64,000 bases of DNA from Antedon mediterranea (Eukaryota; Animalia; Echinodermata): the NCBI RefSeq assembly GCF_964355755.1, contig NC_092674.1, positions 11,470,001-11,534,000 on the forward strand, in the 5' to 3' direction. Below the pieces are notes generated by a model. It was not told where the DNA came from, did no database searches, and saw only the letters and a list, made by a program, of their open reading frames with translations. Of the stretch, positions 23,263-36,800 are shown piece by piece (positions within the stretch are counted from its first letter, which is position 1; every line of letters starts with the position of its first letter). The translations under genes were made by a program, and so were the position numbers.

Positions 23263-26200
23263 TAAAACCCAGCGGATTAATTCTTCAAAACTCTGCAATA
23301 AAAGAGAAAGAAAATTTATTAATAATGTTATATATATTTTTTCTCTACCCCATGACTTATAAGAGAAAATTCTTGCATAGTATTAGTAAGCATGCTCAAG
23401 CAGCATACTTGTAATACGCATGATATAATCATTCACTTCACAATCTTTATGATTGTTTATGAAATTAATCGCTTAATTAAACTCATTAGTCATTAAAGAT
23501 GATAGATCAAAGAAATATACTATGTTGTGAGTCATAACTTGAAAATAATGTAGTCCAAACTATATGATTCTAGTTGGTATCTTTTACATAACCCAATTTT
23601 TTTTACAGGTTAAAATAAACTACAATAACTATTGTATTTTTTTTAATAAGGCCCTGTCATAGGTATCATGTAAAATGAATAATGATTAATCGGCAGCACA
23701 CGTGACTCATAATACACAAAATACTGTATAACACATTTCATGGTACCTGTAGTAGATTTTACCAATTTTAAATGATGTAAACTTTATTTTGCATTTTTAA
23801 CAATTTGTAATGTATTTGTTTTATCACATCTTGATATTAATTGTATTGTAGTTTTCATATCAAGGTGTGTAATTTTGAGGATATATTCCCATTTCACACC
23901 AAAAAATTAAACTCCACCTTCAAATAAATGCCTTCCTTGAATAAACGCCTCTCTAAAAGCCTCCTTGAACAATAAACACTACAGAGCATTTATTTGAATA
24001 AATAAGATACCTTAATATGGCAAAAAAAAAATCAATATTTATTAATGATTTTCGATTATGTCCATTTAAAATTTGGTGATCTTTGCATTGTACAAATGTT
24101 TTCTCTACTTTCATAAATTTTATCTTTTTTCTTTTTCTATTTTCAGACTTCATGCCCAAAATATATATATATATCAAAAAGATCTGGCACTTAAAGACAC
24201 TAAACATCTAGGTTGAGGAACGAAATTGTTGTCATATTATGTACCAATAAATCTTGATTATCAAGAAAACTAAAATTAAAATATAAATTGGTAAAAATTG
24301 CTGTATCACATAATTTGGACAAATGTGATCAACCTTCAGAAAAATTTATAATATAAAAAAAAATTGTTTACAGAGGAGATGGTCATAACTAACCAAATTA
24401 GCTTTGTAGCCAAAGGATGCCAACATTTCCCCACAAAATCCAAAACAGAGGCAAATAAAGGATTTACTGTATTTTTGTTACCACTGGTGTTATAATGTTC
24501 TAAACAAGAATGTATTCGTAATTGACAAAAATTCTCAATTTGACACTTTGACTAAATTGATGTGTGCAAATTAATTATTCCTTCTTTGTAATGTTTACAC
24601 TTGATAAATGAAACAATTTCCACAATTCAAACTGTAGGGCCACATTAAATTAGCCTAAATTTCAAGTTGGGTTAAAATAAAATGTAAGATTCGTATGCAA
24701 CTATTTTAGTACAGTAAACAATTTAGAATATTGTTCAGCAATAATTATATTCACTGTAATGAAAACATTACTAGAATTAACCCTTTTACTGCGTGTATCT
24801 AGACAGGCCAGGAGGTATAAACAAATGTCATTTAAATGCACATACCTGGCATTAGTCAAAAACAATGACTAAATCATAATTGCCTATAATATATAATAAT
24901 ATATATTTTTTTTCAACAAACTTTAATAAAATTTGCAATTAATTAAAATGTGTTTCCAGGACTAAATGTTGCACCCTCTTTTGTTTATTACTGTCTTAAA
25001 ATTTTCATTTCAATGTGCTTTAATTCTAATTAAAAAAAAAAACAATACAAATATTTGATGTTTTTATTTGCCATTAATGTATCCTTATTCATCAATATCC
25101 ACTAGGAAAACTCTAATTCCATAATAATTTCTTTAAAAAAATAGTTTTTATCATTGATTTAATTAAAAATACAGGGACTCCCAAAATAGCTGTAATGACG
25201 TCACTTTTGAAAGACTGATGTATTTAGTTTCTACTTAATATTTGTTTGTATATATTTATTGTATAGATTTTCATTCCAACTTTCTTTTTATTCTACTAAA
25301 TATTGTTTTGCGGTTAACCCTCGTTGGCACTCACTTTTGAGAGCAGGATTTCTTTTGAAGACCTGGATCTTCTGGAGTTCCAGTGCGTTAATGATTTAAA
25401 AGTCAGGCACCTACAGTACAAACAATAAAAGAAAAAGAAGTTAGTAAATTATAAATACTATTCATATTGAAGATAAGGATACACCGTACCAACAATTCCA
25501 AACCATAGAATTATAAATTGGTGGTGTAAACAAAATTAGTGCATTTACAAGTAGCTAAATAATATACACATTCCCCTTGTGGAATGGAACATGATCTACT
25601 GTATTGGGCCTAGCAAAACAATTAGGGCCAACTCACCACTAAATTTAGGATAGACCCATTTTAGCAATTGCAAGTATATGCCTGGAGAGATTGGTATTCG
25701 AGAGATTTAGCACCACATTTATGTTAAAAGGGATAGTTGTCACAGATTTTGAAATAAATTGTGATACATATTTGTGACTTTTGTTTATAATAAATCACTA
25801 AAGAATATACCTAAAAATATGTCAACAAACTAATTACATTACACAGTAATGTATCGCAAACAATTGGCACGTATTCACTGTATTTCTATTGCTTTTAATT
25901 AAATGATTGTATAAAATTATAATTCACAAAAGTATTATATCAAATAAGGTCATAGTTTAAACATCTGATCTGAAGAAAGATTTAATTGTTTGTATTGTAA
26001 ATTTATCGAGAACATTAACTAAGGAACACATATTCTTTACATTTTACAGATAACCTACTAAACACTCGCATAAACAATGTAACTGATGACAAGTATTCTT
26101 TTGTATAGAACAGCTACAATCTAAAAAATGCAAACATACAAAAACATTATTAATGGTAATGAACAATGTTACCACTTTTTCAAAGTCAACATGCTTCTTG

Positions 26201-26456
26201 ATCAATGTTTGAAGAATTATGGAAATTTCCTCAAAATGACAGTGGCTGTTTGAGCCTACATTTTTTATCAATGACAATTTCATGCAAGGTTTTAATCATA
26301 GAACAATAACATTTAAATTATGTAAATGTTTCAAAGAAAAATGACAACAAAGGAACAGACACAAATTCACTTCATGAGTCCATTACTCATCTCTACAAAT
26401 TATTTACTTTGAAATCAGATTTTCGTTTTTCATGAAGGTGGAAGTAAACGTTGAAA

Positions 26457-26500
26457 CTTACCAACGTTTCGTGCGTTAGCATCTCACTTTTTCAAGGTAG
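26457..26500 (-). ncRNA. Penelope-type minimal hammerhead-ribozyme-like motif (variant core)
   Basis: Minus strand CTACC-TTGAAAAA-GTGAG ATGCTAA CGCAC-GAAA-CGTT-GGTAAG. Stem I TACC/GGTA, stem II, GAAA and palindromic ACGT stem III are present, but the core deviates from CUGAnGA. Confidence 0.45.
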
Positions 26501-27103
26501 TGGTATCAGCTTGGTTTGCCGACACTGATCATGGCATAGTCACGTGATGTTGTTGTGACATGCGCCCTCTCTGAGTTATTTCTTGAATACCTCTGGGTGA
26601 ATCCCAGGCTTCACGCCAAAGAAATCACCGGATATTCGCTCTACATTGCAAACGCTTAGACATAACACCACCAAGTCGTATAGAATATCATTCACCGTGA
26701 TACAATAAACAAACACTTTTAGTACTGTATTTTATACGTCTTGACAAGAAATTAATAAATATAATACAGTACAAATTTATAAATCATCTGCAATCGACAA
26801 TTTGACTACAACTATAATGTTAAAATACATTATCCTACAATTGTGTGTATAAATGTTATAAAACTCTATTAAAGGACGGCTATCTAAACAATGTTTCATA
26901 AAGAACGCAAAGGGGAGGGTATTTATGAAAATAAATACAGTACAGATGTAATCTACATTATTTTTACAAAAAAAGCAATAAACATATTTCACATGACACA
27001 ATTTAAATATATATTAATTAAACGTTTATTACCATTTTTTTATCGACTCGACATTGTTAGTCGTTTATCAAAACAATTACAAAATTAACACTAATTTACT
27101 AAA

Positions 27104-29627
27104 CTAGATGGCACGCTCGCTTCGCTCGCGTACCATCTAGGGGTGCTCACAGATGGTTCTCGAATACAGTAGAATCCACGGACGGGGACTTTTTTGGGAC
27201 ACTAAACAAAAACGGAAGTGTCCCCCTAATTGGGGTATTCAGAAATAGAGACAACAAAACCAATACTGGATTCCATAAAGGACAATTAATTTATGTGGAT
27301 TAAAGAAATTAGGGAGAAATGGAAATGTATGTACGGGAATTGGGCGGCAGCACGTGGTGGTGGTGATGGAACCGCAGTAATAAAGTTGATTGTATTTATA
27401 TATTATAAGAACCAAACTAAATAAATAGACCTAGACATTCTGCGAAATGGAAATCGGAAATTCAAGCTCCTATTCAGTGAAAAATTAAACTGTAGTCTAC
27501 CTAAATATTTAGGGCAAATCATCGGTTGTGGTGTTGAACTTCCTGTAAACATTTGTGTGAACCAAACTGGGTCGAATTTCTGTCATGAGTACTGATTTGT
27601 TGGCCTGTGATTTATGACGCCTAAGGGATCTATCTAGACTTATTTTTTAGAATAATGTACGTACCTGTCAGATACAATTGTCTTGTGTCGTATAATAAAT
27701 AAGTACTGTAATAGTTACTGAAGTTACTATTACAATCTCGTCAATGAAAACACGAAAATGTATATGCACTTACTTATGAAAACGTATACAGTATTATACT
27801 CAGTTATTGAAACAGTAGGTTTAAAAAAGTTTCGTTTGTCTGTAAAATGATGTAATCAAGCTGTTTACATGAGTCTTAATTTATAAGCACATCAATAATA
27901 AAATAGTTTATCTATCCTGTAATTGCCGAGATTATGGTCGCTGTTGAATGAAATAAAGCCAATCGGTATCATATTTGTACAGAAACGTTTTCGCGGCCGA
28001 AGGGTGTAACCTAAATTCGTTGTATTATTATTATCGTCAAGAACTAACTGTAACTACATAGAAAGTAGGGTATCATAAATTTGGCCTTAGCACTCGGGGG
28101 AGTGGCTAAGATGAAGTCCGTGGGACTACTAAATATAAATTGTAATGAACCTCGAGGGACATAAATAGGAATATTTCATGTTTCATTATCAATGTATAAT
28201 AAATGGAAACTGGTTTTTAACATTTTCCGAACCTATTGCAAGTTTATTCTCAAAGGGCCCATATATTTACCTACCGTATGTGTTAAACCAAGGGCTCATA
28301 AATTTACCTACAGTACTTGTGTTAAACCAAACTACTGGATGTTCCATTCATCGCAAATCAATACATTTGTATAATCGTATATTAAATCTATCAAAATAGT
28401 ATTTTTTAAAGAAAATCGGCCTGTCTTCAACATTATGATGGTGTACTCTAGCAATCTATCAAAATAGTATTTTTTTAAAGAAAATCGGCCTGTCTTCAAC
28501 ATTATGATGGTGTACTCTAGCTGTTCAACCGGTTTTCAGCTATTAAAAACAATTATCGTAGGAGGAGATAGGAAAATGCGAAGCCTCCTCGCTATGTAAC
28601 ATTAGTGTTGAGGGATGGGAAAGCGGATAGGTACAAAGAGGAACAATTTTTAAATATATTCTTTATCCACTGAGTAACGAAATATTTTGTTCATGTTTTA
28701 TAGGCCTATAAATAATATACCTCTAAATACAGTAGGCCTAAAACATTTGCGATTTAATACTTTGTTAAAATTGTCACGGTCATAATCGATTGAAATATTA
28801 AAGTACATGTCACGATACACCACTACGACGTTTATATTTTTGGTAATTATTAATTAATACAAACGTTGAGAAGGAACTGTCAGTATAAAGTTTATTTGTA
28901 TATCTAACAGTAGAGCCTATCCACAGTCTCAGTAATAAAGTTTATTTGTATATATTTTTATATTACATCTAACAGTACGAACATTCACAGTAAGAAATGT
29001 TCGATTCAAATGAAAAATAGTTAATAGGTATTTACAGTATTGTCAAAGTATTGCAAGTTTATTCTCAAAGGGCCAATATATTTACCTACCGTATGTGTTA
29101 AACCAAGGGCTCATAAATTTACCTACAGTACTTGTGTTAAACCAACTCTGGCAGACTGAGAGATTGGGATGTTCCATTCATCGCAAATCAATACATTTGT
29201 ATAATCGTATATTAAATCTATCAAAATAGTATTTTTTAAAGAAAATCGGCCTGTCTTCAACATTATGATGGTGTACTCTAGCTGTTCAACCGGTTTTCAG
29301 CTATTAAAAACAATTATCGTAGGAGGAGATAGAAAAATGCGAAGCCTCCTCGCATTTTTTTGGCGGGTATTTTTCAAGATGGACATCCATTAGACAGTGT
29401 ATACCACGATCGGAAAACACCCCTATTTGGGGCAAATCTTTGAACCTAAATTCGTTTTAATCGTCAATAACTAATTATCTAACTCAATTTAATTAGTAAA
29501 CAGGGTTACATCAGGCGGTTAAAATAAGTACCGAAAGTACGAACCAACTTTACATACCATCGAGTGAAAATTCTAGAAGTAAGGCGCGATTTACCGAATT
29601 TTGCCCTTACGTAAATTTATATATAGA
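27104..29627 (-). mobile_element. Complete non-autonomous Helitron
   Basis: 5' TC(TATATATAAA) at 29627 and 3' CTAG at 27104-27107, with terminal hairpin CTAGATGG.ACGC...GCGT.CCATCTAG, inserted between A and T. Internal duplication ~28236-28592 / 29050-29353. Confidence 0.85.
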
Positions 29628-30373
29628 TATAATCCGTAGGCCTACTCAATTTAGTCCTCAAAATCTAGCATTTTGATTTCTGATATAAGCCCCGAACTGT
29701 CAGCCGAAAACTCTACACCGCAGGGCAAAGTGATAAGGTTGATATCAAAATGTGTACTTTCCGGAAGCTTTAAACATTCTTCTGTTTCCAAATAAATATC
29801 GACTAGATATCTAAAAGAAAAATAAATTTAAACAGCATTACTACAAAATAGCATTCAAATATGGTTGTGTTATAAATTTAATACTAAAATATTCCATGTC
29901 TGTTAAGTGAAGTGAAGTTTAATGAAAAAAGTTTAATGAAAAAAAAATATACAGTTTTTATAACTTGTTAACACAAATATGTTGATTTTCATTTTCAAAG
30001 TTATTGTATATTTTTGTGGATTTACATTAAAAAACGATAGTAATAATCTTAAACATGAAACTTCATATTCAAGGGCGGATCCAGCGCGTTTGCGCCAGGG
30101 TGGCGCATTCATGTGGATCTATCCTTGAAGCAAAATGTGGGGGTGCATGTCAATTGTTAACTGATAAGATAATGTGAGCGTTTGAGTCCGTCACTGTAAC
30201 AGAAGTCACTGATTTTATTTATTTTTTTTTACCAGGCTATCGAGGGAGCGCAACTACCACTTAACAAATAACACCCCGGGGCGTTTATTTTAAAAAGTAC
30301 GGTTATGTCACAATTTCCCTTTTAAAACATTCAATAACACTGCATCAATACAATAATGTAGAATGTTACATAC

Positions 30374-31650
30374 CCAACACTGGTGTCGCCAACAGCGATA
30401 ATCACACCCTCTACGCTATCCATACCATTTGCCTATAATACAAACCAAATATAAAATATAATTAATATTGATTAGTAATTTAAATGACACTACTAATTGG
30501 TTAAACAAATGGACAAATGACAATACAGAGCGATGTCGATTATACAATTCTGTCTACTCAATATTCATTTACAATAGCTGGAAATTAAATCATAATTAAT
30601 AATTTATCGTTCTTAGTTGTCTGTCCTGCACAACAACTGCACTGATTATCACCTCATTTGCCACTAAGTCAAAGGTGGATGCCGTCGCCTCACCACACAG
30701 CACTACTTCCATCTTTGTATCTCCATTTCCTAATGTTATCGATTTTCTCTTTATACGAATTAGTACATACATACTCTCCCATCTAAAATAAAAATGACAG
30801 CAATGAAACAACGGTAATAACATTTCATAATTTTACATAACCCAAAACTATCAATCATACTGTCATTTCAACTAGGAATTTTAACAAGTTAAAAAAAATT
30901 CCTAATACTTACCCCAGCATTATTATCCGAAATTCTGAATTATTCTCAATTTCAACAATTTTTAATAAAACCTATTCATAAATATGTAAAAAAATAAATA
31001 AATGAAATATAAAATTACCTCAACAACACATCCCTGCACCGAAATTCGTTTCTTCTGTGGACTACCCTTCGCCTCCGATAGACACAACTTCTGGTCGGAT
31101 AAAATTGTTTATTACCCCCATGTCAACATTGAAGTTTGCCACTTTCGTCATGACCTACAATCGCAAATAATAAAAAACGGAAATTAGGCCTAACAAATTC
31201 TCATGAAATATTTAAAATCTAAATATCTAATCTAAACTCAACTCAATTAAGTTTTATACTACAGTATAGGCCTATATTGTAACTTCTGTATTATTTCTTC
31301 CAGGACTAGGCCTCCTAGACTAGGTCTTCAATTTAAATTTACAAGATTTTCTATATCCATGCGCAGTTAACAAAACTAAACAACGTCATTTTAACAAGTA
31401 AATAATAACGAACTAAAAACATTACCTTAGATTTTGCTGTTAACCTCAAACAATCATTTCCCCCAATTACGTCTGTAATTATCACCTTTACACCAGTTTC
31501 CAAAGTCATCAATTTGCTCATGCTTGGAGACTCAACATCATTTACATAACAACTGATAACCATTTTATCCCCCTCTTCAATTATCATGCCCACTCCAAAA
31601 TACCCCACCTTTGTCCTCTTTCGTTTTTCAAATTTCTCCACGATGTACAT
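30374..31650 (-). pseudogene. Spliced OB-fold-like (RPA/SSB-like) gene remnant, 4 exons
   Basis: GT-AG exons at 31650-31426, 31154-31019, 30782-~30600 and 30432-30374. SPQKKRISVQGCVVE and KRKSITLGNGDTKMEVVLCGE...VIISAVVV resemble the OB-fold pattern (V.G.V; R...L.D......LWG). Frameshifts present. CCAAT boxes upstream at ~31756-31792. Confidence 0.45.
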
Positions 31651-33868
31651 TTTTTTAAACATTTTAATTGAAAACACTTCTTACTTTTGTGAAAACTTTA
31701 AACGAACTAAAAAAAAATATTGTTTGGCCAAAAACGGGGTGGGGTTGGGTTAATCACCAATCACTACTATTGCAAGTTAAAATGAACCAATCAGGTTCTA
31801 TCACCGTTTTTGTCATTTTACTGTAAACAACCCTTATACTGTAACTTGTTTACAAGCAGATTGTCTTAATAACACTCCCTTAATGACTTGTTTTGATGGT
31901 ATGTTCATCTGGGTGACTGCCCTGGACGGTGTTTACCTGCGTATTTAAGAGCCAAACAGTGGAAAGTTACTAATAATAGAGTTGTTGACTACACGTTTAA
32001 ACACAAACCAACTATAAAATGCAACATGACGCTAACTTTAAATTAAACAACAACAATTTCAGTATAACTTAAATGTAAACACCATTTATTACATGATTTT
32101 TACAATTAAAAGATCACCTGTTGCTATTGTAAAAGTCGTTGTTAGTCTTCTTTATTTTTTTTCTTTGAATTTAAAGTTATAGTCATGATTAAAACGTATT
32201 ATAGAAGCTATTGAACTTTAGATATGAATTCATGCTAATGCTAATACACTGTATGTAGTATGTATACAGTTGCACTGTGTATACTGTATAATAGCATATG
32301 ACACAATATAGACAGAATTCATCACTAATATATTATTTGATTCAGGTTATAATGGCATAATCTTTTTCCGTGCGCAATATTCTAACGTAAGTTACGTATG
32401 ATTTGCACGTGGCGTTTGTCGTGCGGATAACTAACTCGTCCGAAGTGACGAGTTCAAATCTAGTTTGTATTTTTTTGCTTCTTTGGATAAAACAATCTTG
32501 GGCTGGTCGCCCAACATAGTCAGACATTCGGCATAATTTTTGGCATAATATAAGAATAATCTGGCTAACCTACCTCACCTGTCCTGAACACTACAGTAGG
32601 CTGAAAACGCGACCAACATTACTGGGAGCCCTACTTAATTTAAAATTAACTCGGCCTAGCCTATAGCTAGTAGTAGTAGGCTAGCACGGCTCTGCGAGGC
32701 CATTCGGTAGTACCAAATGTAGGTCTAGGCTTATGCCTTGCTAGGCCAGATTTCTCATTCCCGCTAGGCCTAACCTATGCTCTAGTAGGTCTAGTGGGTG
32801 TACCCTGGTCAACCTATACCCATGCCAACTCGTACGTAACGTACCCTAAACGCGTACCCAAATGATTGGTTGATTTCCCGCTAGACTACTAGACCTAGGT
32901 CCTAGTAGTAGTTGGGTCATCATACAACAGCAGTATTGTAGAGTGGACTAAAAATATGATAAACCTGCCATTCTGGTTCCCGGTGCATTTGATGAATACA
33001 CATTTATATAACGTTATACATTGTCTCATAGGAACCTAATGACAGAGATATCGTGTATTTAAAGTACAGTCAGATATGTATCTGGTAGACTGGTAACAGT
33101 CTTCCACAGTGAGTCTCGTGACAGCCACAGAATCGGGTGCTAATAAGGGGCTGGAACATCATATTCTATTTGGGATGTCTTTTCTTAAAGTCAAGGGGTG
33201 ATATTCTAGTCAAAAAATGTGTGAAAAAGGAATCTGCCACAAAGCTATTTTATTTCAACATATGACATAACATTTATTAGCATTATAGTACAACAAGTTC
33301 TTATAAAATTATTACATTGAATATTGTCGAAACATTTTTTTTTTCATCACATAATGTTTTAATTGTTAATTTTGAAGCATTATTCTTTTGATCTTGTTCA
33401 TTTGAATAAAACCTTTGTATTGTTCAATAAAATGTAATTATATATATTTTTTATTCAAATAATCATGTATCTTATAATATTATAATCAAACATTTAAAAA
33501 AAATCTTAAGTGTGATTGCAATTTAAATATTATTAATATATAAAAACAAAATTATAATATTTAAATCGCACTTCTTTGTGTTAGTACAATAATACCCTAA
33601 TACCTAGTAATAACATGAAATATAAATTCAAATTTTATTCATTATTGTACTCTTTTTTTCCTAATTAGTTGTGATAAAACAAATATACAATATTAATGAT
33701 TTTTGTTCTATTTTTCCACATTACTTTATACAGTACAAATGTGTTGCAATAAATGTATTTCTGTATTTTTAATCATGTTTTACAATACTGTGTAATTTCT
33801 TGTAAATAAAAGTTTGATATTTATTTTTTTGCAAATTTTATTTTTGTGTCTACATCATTTCACTCATT

Positions 33869-36800
33869 TTATGGGACAGTTGGTACGGTGATCCTTCCAA
33901 TCGCCATCTCTCTCAGCTTTTTACGATCAATCTACAAAAAGAAGATAATAATTAATGCATGACCAGTAGAACTTCTTTTAATGGGAAACTTAATTTTGAG
34001 AGCAGTTATCATTCTAATTTTTTTTATTCTAGAAAGGTAAAACAAATTATTTGCTATCAACCATTGTTCTATTAAGTAAAAATGTTTAGGAGTAAAACCC
34101 ATTCCATTTTAAGATTTTCATGTAAAGTTATATTAATAATGGAAAAATACACCATGATAGGTGATAAAAAAACCTGAATACTTTAAAGAACTTGTTAGTG
34201 GTATTTCTGGTTTCTTACCATTATGCCACCTTACAAAAGCTGCATTGAGAGATGACTAGTCTACTAGTGGACATTCATAAGATAAGAATTCAGTCTCTAT
34301 TTGCCTTTTTCAAACATTTTCCAGCCATAAACGAAATTGTGTAATTTTACCTAGTTAGTAACTACCTAACTGAGTTCTTGCATTGGAGATTCATACTGTA
34401 TCTCTTGGAATACAATAATATAGAGTTCATAATTTCTAAACCACTGAAAACAACTTAGATGAGTCAAGATATTTTCTTCTAGCTACTAGTTAGCGGTTAC
34501 AGTGTGTTTCTAAGATGATGGTTGGTCTCCTTTGCAGCCACTGCGTGGGTTTGCTGTATAGCCTAGTATAGTCAACGGTTTATAATTAATGAACTCTTTA
34601 TTATTATTATTATTACTAAATTGAAATCAAATGAATTTTTTCACATTTCAGAATACAATTTAATTCCTTTGAAGATTATCTCTATTATCACACCAAAATA
34701 TATCTTGCAGCAGAGCAGACAGACAGCTTTTCTAATAAAAAATAACCTGCTCCACCCTTCTTAAATGTTCAACTTGATACTAGCGACTACTCATTTAACG
34801 TATAGTAAATGTTATTAAAGAAGTTTAAAAAAATCTGAATACCTTTCCAGTTGTAACTTTTGGAAATTCATCAAATTCTAAGCAGTATTTTGGTAGGCTC
34901 TTCACAAATAACTGTAAGGCATAAGCAACAAATTATGTATTATCCTAATTAAGTCACAACTCCAGTGTGAACAGCCATTTAACCTATTACGTTGGGAAGA
35001 CAAATTATTGAGCCTCATAAAGATTCAAGTACACTGTACAGTAAAACTTGAAGAGGCCATTTCATGTAGCTTTATGTTGATAACTGGTGAAATGGCCAAA
35101 CCAGTTTTAATTAGTTTGTTATTTGAAATGCGTCTGTGTTTTGCTTCTAAGAAAATTCATAATCTACTGTTATCCACCATGATTTTAGTACAATGATTTG
35201 TGTTTTTATTATTGTATTGCGTCTCATTGAAAGTTGGCTGTTTGGAGCCCTCTGTGCCAAGCATGTATGCAAACATTTGTTTTTATCTGTACTGTTCATA
35301 TGCCAGTAAAATCCGAAGTAAATTGAATTGAATGTATATAAATGCATACATGTTCATTAGAAAGACATTTACTATGCATGGCAACGTTTTACCCCTACCT
35401 TATCAACACAATGCTTTTCTATATCTTCTACTGTAAAAGTACAGCCTGGATTAAGTCTGGAATTTAATGGAAAAATAATATAATTTATGTATATATAATG
35501 AAGTTGTACACATCAGCAGACAACCTGATTTTATTTTCTAGATGTCACTAGAGAGATTCTAACCGACTATCGCAAGTCATCTAGATACTAGTCTGACTGT
35601 ATTAATTACGGCAATTTTATTACATATCTCTCATATATCTACAGACAATGTATGTGATAGGCCTATGTTTATTCAGGAAATCCAATAAATCGGCAGTAGT
35701 AAAATTATATAGGTACTAGAGGGTGAGCTCGCTTCGCTCGCTCCCCCTCTAGGAAGTGTAGACGATGGTTCTCGGAATGATAATGTTCTCCTTATACATT
35801 TTCTGTCGGTTACCATTATTGAAAATGCTGGACATTCGTAAAACTAAACTATTTTGTTTCACAGTGTTTTAGATGATTAATAACATTTTAAAGTATAGTT
35901 TTTATTGTTTGGTAGGGCCCTTTGGGGAGGCGGAGGTCATTTGAGGGAGGTGCTTATTCGAGGGATATATGTTAAATTTTTTAGTTCTAATAATATGGTA
36001 ACATTTATAATCAAATGAAATCCTCTCATAGATATGAAAAGTGGTAAAAAAGAATAACAAATGCTTGGTAAATTGCAGATAACAGTGCGGTGAATTCTAC
36101 TACAAATAGTATAATTGTGTTATTATAAATATGTGGATGGACGTTTATTAGATAGTTGGGTTGTGGGGTGGTTATTATTCAAAGTGATGTTTTATTGGAG
36201 AGGCGTTTATTCAAATGAATACCATCCTAATAATTATTAATACATTATTTAATTTAATCATCTTTTGAAACTAACTGCCGTGACAGAGTGGGCCCAAGAA
36301 AGAAGACATTACGGCTTGCAACATGGGCAGACATCTCGGTCCTAACGGGACACAGGAAGATAGCCTACAGTTATTCCTGCAAGCTTACTCAATAAAACTC
36401 AGCTATCGGGATTTCACTCGAAAAATGTCTTATCAAATCTCCCTATGTAATTTTATAATACTATTCCCCACAATATATTCTGATTCTTTATGGCGTATAT
36501 TTAATTTGATCTTTATTAATTTGCAGTATAATTCCTATTATTTAACTACTGTACCTTCACACACGTGTGGTATGTTTTAAAATAAACAAAAAACTGAAAT
36601 GGCTATGATTAATGGCCAATTTTTTTTTCGTCTTCCAAAGGGACACTGTATTGATTGATGGAAAGTGCCTGTTTCCAGTCACCTTTAGAGTCAAATCTAT
36701 TATTTTAACTGCTCCCTTGTGTATAAAAGAGAGAAAATATTTGAAACTATAAGTGAACTTATCTTAAACCCGGAAATTACTTTGACCGGGAAGAATTGAA

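Noticed and set aside
32540-32920. CTAG/TAGG-rich palindromic patch as an origin or structured RNA
   Set aside because: No regular period or extended stem. More simply explained by clustered TAGGCCTA-type micro-insertions.
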